Source: Chlamydiales bacterium (GTDB lineage: Bacteria > Chlamydiota > Chlamydiia > Chlamydiales > JAAZZY01). From it: DNA of 64,000 nt. Shown in pieces: positions 31,098 to 41,606 of this stretch. Numbering within the stretch: the first letter of the stretch is position 1; each line of letters starts with the position of its first letter. The notes under the pieces are model-generated. The model saw nothing but the letters and a program-made list of their open reading frames with translations, was not told the origin of the DNA and did no database searches. The stretch lies in the NCBI GenBank assembly GCA_965206695.1, contig CBDBKM010000010.1:448001-512000 (forward strand), written 5' to 3'. Both the position numbers and the translations under genes were made by a program.

Positions 31098-32881
31098 GGC
31101 TTAATAAAATTGGCTTCTAAGGCCTGACTTTCATAGGCGATTCGTTCGATTTCACTAGCCGGCAAAGCAGGATCTAAATTTTCTAATCCGGCCCCAAACT
31201 TTAACATCGGTTCAATTCTTTTGACCTCATCTATCTTTAAATGACAAAAATAGGGTCCTTTTCTTGAGGGTATCTCACCTATATGATTTAGCAAATCCGC
31301 ATTATCCTCAATACAGAGATAGGGGATACTAAAAGTTTCTGCTAGTTTTTGATAATCGGGAAAACTTAAACCACTTGACTCATCAACCACTACGTAACGT
31401 GACTGTAACCAAATTTCAATTGTCTGCTTACACGTAGCATGGCCCTGATTGTCGAAAAGAAAAATTTTAACAGGTAAGTTATATCTATTGATGGTAGCCA
31501 ATTCTTGTAAACACATCATTAAGCCGCCATCACCAATCAAACAGTAAACTTCTTTTCCGGATCCTAGTGCGGCCCCTATGCTTGCCGGCAAGGCATAACC
31601 CATAGGGGTATGGTTCCATGCCGAAAAAATTTTTTGTTTCGCTTTAACTTCAAAAGCCTGCATAACCCAACAAATATTCGCTCCCGTATCAGTTACGATA
31701 ATGTCATTTTCTTGAGCAACATGCTTAGAAAATTCCTTTACAAATACATACGGGTCTAACTTGTTATCGGATTTATAATTACTTTCTGAACAAATAGGAT
31801 ATTCTTCTCTCCATTGCCTGATCAGTTGCCTCCAATTTAAAAAGGCATCTTCTTTGGCTTCAGAATAAAGGGGCTGACATTCTTGAAAAAAGCTGTTTAA
31901 ATCCGATAAGATCGGTAAATCGATACAAAAGGTATCGGGACCAAATTTGCTGATTTCTTCCGGGTCAATCTCAACCATTGCTTTTTTTGCATTCGGAGCA
32001 AACATGTCCTGTTTTCCTCCGGTAATCATTTGAGATAGTCTTGTTCCAATTGCGATGACCAAATCCGAATATTGAGCAGCAAAGTTTCCGGATCTTGGTC
32101 CACAGACACCCACACCACCCATGTTTAGTTCATCACTATAGGTTAATAAATCGGTAGCACCCCATGTAAGTAAGACGGGGAGTTGAAAATATTTGACAAA
32201 CTTGATTGCTTCTTCTTCTACTTTTGCACAGTGGACGCCTGCTCCAATAATAACAACAGGACGCTTAGCTTCATTAATCAACGATTCAAGTTGTTGTATT
32301 TTATCTGCATATGGCAATGGCTGTTGGGTTGGGGGAGAAAAAGATTGCAATTCTTCAGGATTGATTTCTAATCTTTGGAGATCATCAGGAATATCTAAAA
32401 TGACCGGTCCCGGACGACCTTCTTTAGCCAAATAAATAGCTTTTTCGAGCTCATAACGAATCATCTCAGGGTCAGTAACAAGCTTGACATACTTCGTTAC
32501 GCTGTGATAGACAGCAGTAATATCTGTTTCTTGAAATCCTCTTTGTCGAAGGCGAATATTAGGACGCAGTCGAAATCTTGCGACCTGACCGGTAATAGCA
32601 ATCATCGGTATAGAATCAAAATAAGCATTACAAATACTTGTAAGGAGATTAGTAGCTCCGGGGCCACTAGTCGTCATAACAAGCCCCATATTACCTGTCA
32701 CTCTTGAATAGGCATCTGCTGATGCTGCACCAAATTCTTCATGCTGAACACCAATATGCCGAATATCAGCATGCTTACAAGTCGAGTCAGCAAGGTGAAG
32801 TATCGCACCACCGGTAACAAGAAAAGTATGTTTGATACCTTCTTTGGCAAGAAAATCAACAAGATAGTCTGAAAGTTTCAT
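31094..32881 (-). CDS. ThDP-binding acetolactate-synthase-like enzyme (YerE-like)
   Basis: VQHEE, TSGPGATN, GRPGPVILDIP, GDGG...DN; located inside a sugar cluster; start overlaps upstream stop. Confidence 0.88.
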   Translation of the reverse strand: MKLSDYLVDFLAKEGIKHTFLVTGGAILHLADSTCKHADIRHIGVQHEEFGAASADAYSRVTGNMGLVMTTSGPGATNLLTSICNAYFDSIPMIAITGQVARFRLRPNIRLRQRGFQETDITAVYHSVTKYVKLVTDPEMIRYELEKAIYLAKEGRPGPVILDIPDDLQRLEINPEELQSFSPPTQQPLPYADKIQQLESLINEAKRPVVIIGAGVHCAKVEEEAIKFVKYFQLPVLLTWGATDLLTYSDELNMGGVGVCGPRSGNFAAQYSDLVIAIGTRLSQMITGGKQDMFAPNAKKAMVEIDPEEISKFGPDTFCIDLPILSDLNSFFQECQPLYSEAKEDAFLNWRQLIRQWREEYPICSESNYKSDNKLDPYVFVKEFSKHVAQENDIIVTDTGANICWVMQAFEVKAKQKIFSAWNHTPMGYALPASIGAALGSGKEVYCLIGDGGLMMCLQELATINRYNLPVKIFLFDNQGHATCKQTIEIWLQSRYVVVDESSGLSFPDYQKLAETFSIPYLCIEDNADLLNHIGEIPSRKGPYFCHLKIDEVKRIEPMLKFGAGLENLDPALPASEIERIAYESQALEANFIKP

Positions 32882-33756
32882 GTCTGCTCCCAAGGCATTT
32901 CCGGTTTTAAAGAAATAAACAATGATCCGTCACGGTAACTTGTTGGCACATCGTCTAATGAAGAGATTTTTTTCCAGCCCTTTTTTTGTGCAAAGGCATT
33001 GACATCGATTACTTTCAAATGATCAAAAATGGCTTCAGCATTCTCATCTGAGCCGACTTCTATCATAGCATCTAATGTTAACCAATCATCATGATTGGTC
33101 GCTTGAATAATTTCTTTTTCATGTCCTTCAACGTCCATTTTAATTAAATCAACAGAAGAATTCTTTAGGATTTCTTTGATATCTTCTACCTTTACGACAA
33201 ATTCTTCTAATTTGCCATAGGGAGTTTTACCGCCTTGAATATGACTAGAAGTAGTATTGCCTAATACTCTTACAAATTGAGTTGTTCCTTTTTTAGTAGA
33301 AACAGCAGCCTGTATCGGTTCAACATTAGAACAATGGTTGAGTTGTAAATTCTCTTTCAATTTTTCGAAATGCACATCATCGGGCTCAAACGTTTTAACA
33401 GAATAGCCGCACTTGCTCATTATTATGGAATGCAGTCCGATATTACCGCCAATATCCAATACATTTTTGTATCGATTCCTATTTGCCCAATAAAAGCTAA
33501 ATATGATCAATTCATCCATTCCGAATAGGTCTAAAGAATTAATATTACCCATTTTAAAAAAGGGGAAAGCAATTTCTCCAAAAGGTCCAAAGGCTTTAGA
33601 TTTTTTAGATTCATCGGAAAATAATTTAGCGACCTCTTCTTTTGCTATCTTCTTTAATACTTTATAAGTATCATTAGAAGTAGGGTGAAAGCCTTTTATA
33701 CTTGGCAAGCCAAGCAGTAGTGCTTCTAAAGTGTTCTCAGAATTTAAATCTATCAT
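32878..33756 (-). CDS. FkbM-family methyltransferase
   Basis: LDIGGNIGLHS, FEP, LIKMDVEGHE. Confidence 0.9.
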   Translation of the reverse strand: MIDLNSENTLEALLLGLPSIKGFHPTSNDTYKVLKKIAKEEVAKLFSDESKKSKAFGPFGEIAFPFFKMGNINSLDLFGMDELIIFSFYWANRNRYKNVLDIGGNIGLHSIIMSKCGYSVKTFEPDDVHFEKLKENLQLNHCSNVEPIQAAVSTKKGTTQFVRVLGNTTSSHIQGGKTPYGKLEEFVVKVEDIKEILKNSSVDLIKMDVEGHEKEIIQATNHDDWLTLDAMIEVGSDENAEAIFDHLKVIDVNAFAQKKGWKKISSLDDVPTSYRDGSLFISLKPEMPWEQT

Positions 33757-33766
33757 ATCTTTCTTC

Positions 33767-34762
33767 TTATGCTCTCATTGTATATTCATAAGGTATCGAT
33801 TTAAGTTGATCGATATACATTTTTGCCCAATCAACCATATCGATTATTCCTTCTTCTAACGGGATCTCTTGCTGCCATCCTAAATCATTTTTAATAGCAC
33901 TTGAGTTTAGCCAATACCTGGAATCTTGACCCATTCTCTCACCTGTGATAGTACAAAGGCCTTCAAAAGGCATGTTCATCACTTTTGCAACAAGCTCGAG
34001 AAGGTCGCGAATAGAAATAGGTTTATCCGGACCTACATTATAGACTTTTCCAAAAGCCGCTTTTTCACTGACTAAGTGTATTGCTTTTGCTAAGTCTCCT
34101 GCATGGATATAAGATTTTTCTGCTTTTCCTCCTCCATGTAAAGGAATTTTTTCTCCCTTTAAAGCGCATAGGATGGCTCTGGGAATCACTCGGTGGAGCA
34201 ACTGACCCGGGCAATAAGCATTAGAAGGGCGAATAATATTCATAGGAAAACCTAAGACCTTATGAATAGCAATTAAATGCAGATCAAAAGCAGCTTTAGA
34301 AGCTGAATAGGGACTCGACGGTAAAATAGGGGACTGTTCATTAGCAGCCTCTGTTACCGATCCGTATAACTCAGAGGTGCCTATTTGTATAAAACGTTTA
34401 AAGTACTCTCTTTTCTGTAATTCTTCGGTTAACCTTGCAAGAGCCATAGAGTTAGTTTCAAAAAAACGCCAAGAATTTTTCCAGGAGATAGCACCTTCTC
34501 CTTGAGCGGCATAATTTACTATTGTCTCAACTTCATTTCGATCTAACACATCTAAAATGAAATCAAGCTCATGCGTTACATGATAGGCATGATAAGAATA
34601 TTTGTTATCACCCTTTCCAATATTTAAAGTAAACGGTTCTGTTTTGGGAACATTACGTCCAATAGCGATTACTTGTTCCGTATCCGGTTGCTCTAGAAGA
34701 TATTTACAAGTGTGTTGTCCAAATGAACCTCCACCACCTATAACAGCGTATTTCTTTCCCAT
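33767..34762 (-). CDS. NDP-sugar 4,6-dehydratase-like extended SDR
   Basis: GGGGSFG, TSELYG, PSSPYSASK, GQDSRY. Confidence 0.85.
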   Translation of the reverse strand: MGKKYAVIGGGGSFGQHTCKYLLEQPDTEQVIAIGRNVPKTEPFTLNIGKGDNKYSYHAYHVTHELDFILDVLDRNEVETIVNYAAQGEGAISWKNSWRFFETNSMALARLTEELQKREYFKRFIQIGTSELYGSVTEAANEQSPILPSSPYSASKAAFDLHLIAIHKVLGFPMNIIRPSNAYCPGQLLHRVIPRAILCALKGEKIPLHGGGKAEKSYIHAGDLAKAIHLVSEKAAFGKVYNVGPDKPISIRDLLELVAKVMNMPFEGLCTITGERMGQDSRYWLNSSAIKNDLGWQQEIPLEEGIIDMVDWAKMYIDQLKSIPYEYTMRA

Positions 34763-34763
34763 G

Positions 34764-35684
34764 CTATTTTCCTTTATTTATTATTTCGTTTGTTAAACAG
34801 GCTTGTAGTCGCAACTCTTCAATATGAACTTCTTCTAATCCTTTTTCTAAGGGCGTAAAAGTAAAGCCCGGAAAGACTTGGTAAACTAAAGTGGAATCAA
34901 AATGCCGATGGGTAATAGGATTTTGCCTAAGAGAGGATTCAACTGTAATCTCGCTATCAAATAGGTTTGCAATCTTATGCGCTAAGTCGTAATAAGATAT
35001 CGAATTTCCTGTAGATAAGTTTATAATACCGGAACTTTTATGAAGAAGAACTTGATAAATTAAATTAACCAGATCTTTGATATAGATATGGTCTCTATTT
35101 TCTTCGCCATTTCCAAAAAGGGGTATGCGTCCATCTTTATGAGCTTGGCGTCGCATTCTATTTGGTCCATAAGAATTATGAGTATCTTCGACACCATAAA
35201 CAAGGGTCGATCTTAAAATAGCTAAAGGACACGTAGCTGCATCTTTCAAGAGGTATTCTCTGGCAAGATGCATGATGCCAAAGGTGTTTGCAGGATCTTG
35301 AGGGCTAGTTTCAGAAATAATTCCTCTATCTAAAGAGTATACGGTATCCGAACTTAAATAAATAACCTGTGCAGGAGTCACCTTTTGCAATACTTTACTT
35401 ACTGTTTCAGCTAATCTTATGTTGTGCATAAAAGCATTAATGTCTTTACTTCTGTCAGGTGTCACGGTCGATAGGAAGACAAGAGCATCTGTTGTTTTAA
35501 GAATATCACTAAGTTGATCGACTGCTTTTTCATCGATTAAATCAATATCTTCTCTTTTTAGAGGAAGGCAGTTAACGTTATGCTCTTCTAAGGTTTTAAT
35601 TAAGTTTTTACCGATAAAACCATTTGCTCCTAATACGACGACACGTTCAGGTACAAGCGATTTTTGATTATGCTGTAAATTCAT
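34764..35684 (-). CDS. NAD-dependent epimerase/dehydratase-family protein, atypical active site
   Basis: GANGFIG; YxxxK position reads FGIMH. Confidence 0.8.
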   Translation of the reverse strand: MNLQHNQKSLVPERVVVLGANGFIGKNLIKTLEEHNVNCLPLKREDIDLIDEKAVDQLSDILKTTDALVFLSTVTPDRSKDINAFMHNIRLAETVSKVLQKVTPAQVIYLSSDTVYSLDRGIISETSPQDPANTFGIMHLAREYLLKDAATCPLAILRSTLVYGVEDTHNSYGPNRMRRQAHKDGRIPLFGNGEENRDHIYIKDLVNLIYQVLLHKSSGIINLSTGNSISYYDLAHKIANLFDSEITVESSLRQNPITHRHFDSTLVYQVFPGFTFTPLEKGLEEVHIEELRLQACLTNEIINKGK

Positions 35685-35699
35685 ATAAAAATTCCCGGC

Positions 35700-36971
35700 T
35701 TATATTCCTAATCGAAAATAATTTAATCCTTGCGACATACACGCTTCTTTATCTAATACTCCATATGGGTCAAGAATCGTCTTTCCTCTAAGTGAGGCAA
35801 GGATGTTTTTTGGTGACAATGCTTTAAACTCATCCCAAGGAGTCATGATGAGCAAAGCATCAACGTCATTAATGGCTTCTTGGGCAGTATTAACGAAAGT
35901 GACTTGTTGTAAATGAGGGGGTAGTTGTTTCACTACCGGATCAAAGACCTTTTTGGGAAAGCGGTTAAGAGCATTAAGCAAGTTAACAGAAGGTGAATTT
36001 TTAATCGATGCCGTATCCTTCTTATAAGCTAAGCCTAAAATCCCAAATGTTGGTGTTTTTATAAGAGGCAGAATCTGATGATAAATTTCCTTTAATACTC
36101 GGTTTTTTCTAATCGTGTTATTTTGCTTCCAGGAATCGACCATCGAAGCATCTGTTCCGTATTTCTGAGATAAATGATAGAAGGTATTCATGTCCCTTTC
36201 CAGATTGCCTCCGGCAAAACCTAATCCCGGCATTAAATAGGCATGTTTTCCAATACGTTTATCAAGCCTTAAGGTTTTTATAATATCATACCAATTAGCG
36301 CCTATCTTTTCGCATAAACCGGCGATCATATTGGTTGTCGTTAAGGAGGAGATCAAAAACAGATTAATAGCAATTTTTGACAACTCCGCACTTTCATAAT
36401 TCATGGTTACAATTGGACAGCCGTATGCTGACAGGAAATCTTCCAATACAGAAGGGAGTGGTTGGTGTGTATCTTTTACACCAACGGTATATCTTTCCGG
36501 ATAAAGGGACCGTTCAACCGCTTGACCAAAAATTAAGGTTTCAACTTGATAAAATAATTTTGCTTTATCCCAGTTTAACTGACTCGTAAAACCGGGAGGA
36601 ACTTGGCTTAAAATGACTAAGATATTTTCATTACCGGAACATGTTTGTAAGATGCGATTAACATAAGTATTAAGCTCACTCAAATCACTGTTCCCACTAT
36701 CATCGGTCTTTACATCCGGCGATATATAGATGAGAGGGGATTCTGCCACTTCATGAATATTAGCGGTAAAATATAATCGTTCGCTGTTTTTTTCAAAAAG
36801 GTCTGATAAGAGAGGTTCATTCACCGGAAGTTTGTGATGACGTAATGATTGGATTAAAGACTCATCAAAATCAAAACACGTGATGTTGTATCCTTTACTC
36901 GCAGCGCCAATAGCAGAAACTAATCCTAAATGCGTCATACCTACGAAAGCCACAGATCGCGTTTGCATCAT
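35700..36971 (-). CDS. UDP-glucose/GDP-mannose dehydrogenase-family protein lacking the catalytic Cys (LmbL-like)
   Basis: SAELSKIAIN, LDKRIG, LGLAYK; GFGGSC replaced by GFAGGN; GxGxxG reads GMTHLG. Confidence 0.82.
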   Translation of the reverse strand: MMQTRSVAFVGMTHLGLVSAIGAASKGYNITCFDFDESLIQSLRHHKLPVNEPLLSDLFEKNSERLYFTANIHEVAESPLIYISPDVKTDDSGNSDLSELNTYVNRILQTCSGNENILVILSQVPPGFTSQLNWDKAKLFYQVETLIFGQAVERSLYPERYTVGVKDTHQPLPSVLEDFLSAYGCPIVTMNYESAELSKIAINLFLISSLTTTNMIAGLCEKIGANWYDIIKTLRLDKRIGKHAYLMPGLGFAGGNLERDMNTFYHLSQKYGTDASMVDSWKQNNTIRKNRVLKEIYHQILPLIKTPTFGILGLAYKKDTASIKNSPSVNLLNALNRFPKKVFDPVVKQLPPHLQQVTFVNTAQEAINDVDALLIMTPWDEFKALSPKNILASLRGKTILDPYGVLDKEACMSQGLNYFRLGI

Positions 36972-37058
36972 ACTCTCACGCTTACTTTTAATATTAATTA
37001 AAAAAGCATGTTATCATTTGAAAATGCAAATAGCAATCATTAATCAGATTTTCTCGAG

Positions 37059-38027
37059 CTAAATTTTAACGCTTATAAGAGGATTTGCAAGGGCTATTTT
37101 TGATCCTTCTAACCCTAAGAGAGTACCTGAGGCCATCTTTTGCAAAACCTTATTTATTTGAATGTCATTCAATAGATTCGTCTGTGGATTTAAACAGAGT
37201 TTTTTAAAATAAGCATATTCATCTTCCCAAGTCGGATCAGGCTTGGCAAGTGTTATGGTCTCTTCATCAGGCCTGCCACTGGGAAATTGTCTTATACGTA
37301 CTATAAATTGACTCGGACCCCATTTGCATAAGGATTCAATATGAGCAGAAGCATTTTCTCCGATTATATGACAATAAAAACCATTTTTCCAACTTAACAA
37401 ACTCATCTCAAGATCTATTGGAAAAGGGTGTTCCGAACTAATGACGGCATAGTCAGGGCTCTTATTTTCAAAATGATGTTGCCTTGTAATACGAAAATCA
37501 TCAATCACACTATCAAACCAAAAATGCACGGTATCAAGAAGGTGAGAGCCCAGGTCTTTTAATACTCCCAATCCTTGATCTCGCCAGGGAGACTGTTTTA
37601 CATCCATTGCAGTGCCGTTTCCATATGAAAGAGAAGCTCGATAAATAGTCCCCAGTTTTTTTGAGTCTAACAACGTTTTCATGCGCATAAAATGCGGTTC
37701 GAATCGATGATTATATGCGGTATAACAAACGACATTCCGTTCTTTTGAAATAGCGTATAACTCTTCTAAGACCTCAGTTGATTCAGAGATTAAAGGCTTT
37801 TCAACTAAGACATGTTTTTTATTTTCTAAAAGATATTTTAAAATGGACAATTTGGATGCGTCAGCAGTACAGACAAGAGCGGCATCATATAGATTTAAGG
37901 GGATATCGTGAACATCTTTGTAATCTGCAATAGGTTTCATATTATCAACCGTTGCAACAACCTCTTTTCCGGCAATTCGGGTTCTTTTATTGCCTTGGAC
38001 TCCTAAGCCGACAACGATTACTCTCAT
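37059..38027 (-). CDS. Gfo/Idh/MocA oxidoreductase (LmbZ-like)
   Basis: GLGVQG, KHVLVEKP, YNHRF, DLGSH. Confidence 0.88.
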   Translation of the reverse strand: MRVIVVGLGVQGNKRTRIAGKEVVATVDNMKPIADYKDVHDIPLNLYDAALVCTADASKLSILKYLLENKKHVLVEKPLISESTEVLEELYAISKERNVVCYTAYNHRFEPHFMRMKTLLDSKKLGTIYRASLSYGNGTAMDVKQSPWRDQGLGVLKDLGSHLLDTVHFWFDSVIDDFRITRQHHFENKSPDYAVISSEHPFPIDLEMSLLSWKNGFYCHIIGENASAHIESLCKWGPSQFIVRIRQFPSGRPDEETITLAKPDPTWEDEYAYFKKLCLNPQTNLLNDIQINKVLQKMASGTLLGLEGSKIALANPLISVKI

Positions 38028-38042
38028 TTGTCAAAACCTTGT

Positions 38043-39605
38043 CTAGTTGCGATATTGAATAGCTTTTTCAATTGTATTTAAGCGATCATGAATTTCTTGT
38101 GGAAATACAGATACGTTTCCATTTTTTTCACATTCTATCGCGGCTGCCAGAGAGCCTAAAATAGCAGCTATTACTTCATTTTTGGTTTTAACCATGGCTA
38201 ATGTTGCATAAGCAAGTAAAGCATCTCCTGCTCCGATAGGATCAATAGCTCGTTGGGTAAAGACATCTAAAAAAAAGCTTGCTGAGTTGATATCCGGGGC
38301 ATCACGAAAAACAATCAATCCACGACTTCCTAACTTTAAAAACAACGCTTTTGTACGTGATTGTTTAAAAAGATCCTGACCTAAAAAACGTATGACGGAA
38401 TCTTGATCACCCAGAGAAAATCTTGCTTCTTTTTCATTAGGTGTAATTAAGTCAAAATTTTTAAAATCTAAGATATTTCCCCACCTACTTGCTACTTGGC
38501 TATCAGCAATACGATAGGTATCCTTGGGAATGGCAGAAATCAATCTTTGAATCGATTTAGCATGAAAAATGCCATGCCTAAAATCACTGAACACAACTCC
38601 ATCGACTTTTGCCTCTGAAATTTGACCTTCCAGTCGCTTCAATAACTTGTCAGACAAAGGATTATTGTCAACTGTATCAATTTTCAATACTCTATAATCA
38701 CCTACAACAAAGGCATTTTTATTCGTTGTATTACGTAAATTATCAATGATTGGCAGACACGTAATATCATGTTTTCTCAAGTCTTTCATAACATAATCTT
38801 TAAATGCATCATTGCCTAAAATAGTAGAAAACGTAACATCAGCACCCGCTGCTTTCAAATGCTTGGCTACAATAGCTGCGCCACCGGTATAATCTTCTTT
38901 TTTCTCATATCGCAGACTCATCGTAGGTGTTTTTACCATCCCTCCAATTATGCTACAGTGAGAGTAACTATCTACTATTGTATCTCCAACGACATGAATT
39001 TTAATATTGGTTAAGCTAGCTGCGACATCCCTTAAATCATTAAAGGTGATCTTCTCCGTATTCATTAATGTCATTAGCTTTTCTTCGGATATCTTAGGCG
39101 GTGACATTTCGATAAAACGAGAAGATGAGTACACAATGTCTCCCGGAGTAAATAACATTTCTCCGCCATATTCATCTAAAATATCTATTTCAACTTGTGT
39201 TTTTTTATGTGTGCCATTTTCAATATATTCATAACCTTTAGCGAAATAATTAGGCTTAATTATCCCCAGATTCTTATGAGGTGTTGCTTCATCGTCAATA
39301 ATAACATAATCAACCATCTCAAAAGCAGCTAAATTGATCGCTCTTAATTTTTCGGGAACATGCGGTCTGATTTCACCTTTAATGATATGACGATCAGCTG
39401 TGATACTAACCACTAAAAGATCGCCTTTACTTTTAGCATATATAAGATGCCTTAGATGTCCGGGATGAACAATGTCAAATACTCCATGACACATGATGAC
39501 TTTCTTCTTACGTGGCCAAGGATGCAAAACATCTATTAATTCATCAACCGTCTTAATTTTACTTTTATATTGAAATGCTTCATCCAAATTCATGATTAAA
39601 CCCAA
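38043..39605 (-). CDS. Bifunctional nucleotidyltransferase / PfkB sugar kinase (HldE-like, reversed domain order)
   Basis: N-terminal HGVFDIVHPGH; C-terminal TPNEKEA and DPIGAGD. Confidence 0.9.
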   Translation of the reverse strand: MGLIMNLDEAFQYKSKIKTVDELIDVLHPWPRKKKVIMCHGVFDIVHPGHLRHLIYAKSKGDLLVVSITADRHIIKGEIRPHVPEKLRAINLAAFEMVDYVIIDDEATPHKNLGIIKPNYFAKGYEYIENGTHKKTQVEIDILDEYGGEMLFTPGDIVYSSSRFIEMSPPKISEEKLMTLMNTEKITFNDLRDVAASLTNIKIHVVGDTIVDSYSHCSIIGGMVKTPTMSLRYEKKEDYTGGAAIVAKHLKAAGADVTFSTILGNDAFKDYVMKDLRKHDITCLPIIDNLRNTTNKNAFVVGDYRVLKIDTVDNNPLSDKLLKRLEGQISEAKVDGVVFSDFRHGIFHAKSIQRLISAIPKDTYRIADSQVASRWGNILDFKNFDLITPNEKEARFSLGDQDSVIRFLGQDLFKQSRTKALFLKLGSRGLIVFRDAPDINSASFFLDVFTQRAIDPIGAGDALLAYATLAMVKTKNEVIAAILGSLAAAIECEKNGNVSVFPQEIHDRLNTIEKAIQYRN

Positions 39606-40601
39606 TTATTTTGATAAATATTCAAACCATGTTTTTGTCGATTGTTGAATAGAGGTCGGATTCCAAAGGGGAGCAGTTCTCCAATATTCAATATCTTTGA
39701 CGATATAGCTCACACCTAACTCGAAACTGACTTTTGGTTGCCAAGCTAAGTCGTTAGTAATTTTAGTAATGTCTGCCCAAGTACAGTCAGGTTCTCCCGG
39801 ACGTTTTGGTATATACTCAATATCACCGCCCAATAATTGAACCAGATATGATATAGCTTGAGGATTACCGGCTCCCACATTATAAATTTCTCCTGACTTT
39901 TTAGTCATAGCCGCTCGATAGAAGGCTTCTGTAACGTCAGTGGCATAAACAAAGTCTCGTTTTTGAGAGCCGTCACCAACAACTGTTAACTGCTTGTTCT
40001 CTAGCTTCTGTTTTAAGAACACTCCCATTACAGCACCATAAGCACCTGAAGTTCGAGATCGTGTCCCATAGGCATTAAAAATTCGAATGGAGTTGAAAGG
40101 GAGATTATATACATGATGCCAATGAAAACATGCCTGCTCACCCATAAATTTACTACATGCGTAAGGGTATTGTAAATTAATGGGGGCGTGTTCATTTGTA
40201 GGTGTTGATGCAATACCATAACATGAAGAAGAAGCGGCATAAATGAGCTTTTTCACTGCATTCATCCTAGCAGCTTCTAATACCTTAACTGTTCCTTGAA
40301 GATTAACACTCATGTACTCTGCAGGTCGTTCAATGGAAGGCACAATATCTCCAATTCCGGCAAAGTGAAATACATATGAAACATCTTTGAATAGTTTATC
40401 CGTTGGGGTAATACTCAATATATCTCTTTCATCAATACTTAGATCTTGATTTGCTTCATGATGCTTTAAATTAGAGGAGTTTCCTGAGCAGTAATTATCA
40501 ATTACTTTCACCGAAAAACCCTTATCCAGCAATAGGTCAACCATATGGCTGCCGATGAAACCGGCGCCTCCGGTGACAATAGCCGTTTCTTTTTTTTTCA
40601 T
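39606..40601 (-). CDS. NAD-dependent NDP-sugar epimerase
   Basis: TGGAGFIGSH, YACSK, RDFVY. Confidence 0.9.
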   Translation of the reverse strand: MKKKETAIVTGGAGFIGSHMVDLLLDKGFSVKVIDNYCSGNSSNLKHHEANQDLSIDERDILSITPTDKLFKDVSYVFHFAGIGDIVPSIERPAEYMSVNLQGTVKVLEAARMNAVKKLIYAASSSCYGIASTPTNEHAPINLQYPYACSKFMGEQACFHWHHVYNLPFNSIRIFNAYGTRSRTSGAYGAVMGVFLKQKLENKQLTVVGDGSQKRDFVYATDVTEAFYRAAMTKKSGEIYNVGAGNPQAISYLVQLLGGDIEYIPKRPGEPDCTWADITKITNDLAWQPKVSFELGVSYIVKDIEYWRTAPLWNPTSIQQSTKTWFEYLSK

Positions 40602-41599
40602 TAGCTAATTCCTAATAAATTTAAAGCTTTCACATTGTAATATTTTTCATCTTCAAATGTATTTTGAAAACATTGAGATTTAAAGGCTTTACATAAGTCT
40701 CTGATCGCATCTTCAATGGATTTTTTAGGCTGAAATCCAATCGTATTTTTTATTTTTTCCGAACAAATATGATACGAGCGATTATCATCAGTTGATGTAG
40801 TTTCGATACTAATATGTTTCTTTTCAGGATACTCTTCCAGTACAACTTTTCTGACCATTTCGGCAATTTCAAAAATTTTATAATTCTGATATCCAACATT
40901 AAAAGTCTCTCCCGCAATGGTTTCATTAGGCAAAGTCAACATCAATTCATATAAATCACACATATCTTGAATATGTAAATTTGGTCTCAATTGATTGCCA
41001 CCAAAAACGGTTATTTTATTATTAGTCACTGCATGGTTGGTTAAAATATTAACAGAAAGATCAAAACGCATTCTGGGGCTGTAACCACAGACGGTAGCAG
41101 GTCTGATGTTAACACAAACAAAGTCTTCCGACTGATACTTAAACAGAAGAGGTTCGCAAAAACCTTTAAACTTATTGTATAGGGTTAGAGGTAGTAACGG
41201 ATGGTCTTCCGTTACTCGAGGTGCTGTTGAGACTCCGTAAACAGAACTTGAAGACGCATTGATAAATCTTTTGACATGGTGTTTTTTAGCTAGTTTGACT
41301 AAAGATTCAAAACAATCATAGTTAATAGATTTACTCAATGACTCATTTAAATGAAAGCTGGGATCATTTGAAATACAGGCTAAATGAATCACAGCGTCTA
41401 TATCTTTTAATGCGAGTTCAAATTGCTCAGCATCTCTAATATCCGCTGTAATCACTTTTAATGAAGGATGTGGATTAAGATAGGATCCGAAAAACATTGC
41501 ATCGTATACTACGATACGATACCCTTTCTTTAACAGTTGCTCAGTTAGGAGAGTGCCTACATATCCGGCTCCTCCTGTTATTAATACATTTTTTATCAT
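40601..41599 (-). CDS. NAD-dependent NDP-sugar epimerase/dehydratase
   Basis: MIKNVLITGGAGYVG, YNKFK, SPRMRFDL; start placed at 41599. Confidence 0.9.
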   Translation of the reverse strand: MIKNVLITGGAGYVGTLLTEQLLKKGYRIVVYDAMFFGSYLNPHPSLKVITADIRDAEQFELALKDIDAVIHLACISNDPSFHLNESLSKSINYDCFESLVKLAKKHHVKRFINASSSSVYGVSTAPRVTEDHPLLPLTLYNKFKGFCEPLLFKYQSEDFVCVNIRPATVCGYSPRMRFDLSVNILTNHAVTNNKITVFGGNQLRPNLHIQDMCDLYELMLTLPNETIAGETFNVGYQNYKIFEIAEMVRKVVLEEYPEKKHISIETTSTDDNRSYHICSEKIKNTIGFQPKKSIEDAIRDLCKAFKSQCFQNTFEDEKYYNVKALNLLGIS

Positions 41600-41606
41600 G
41601 ATATAC

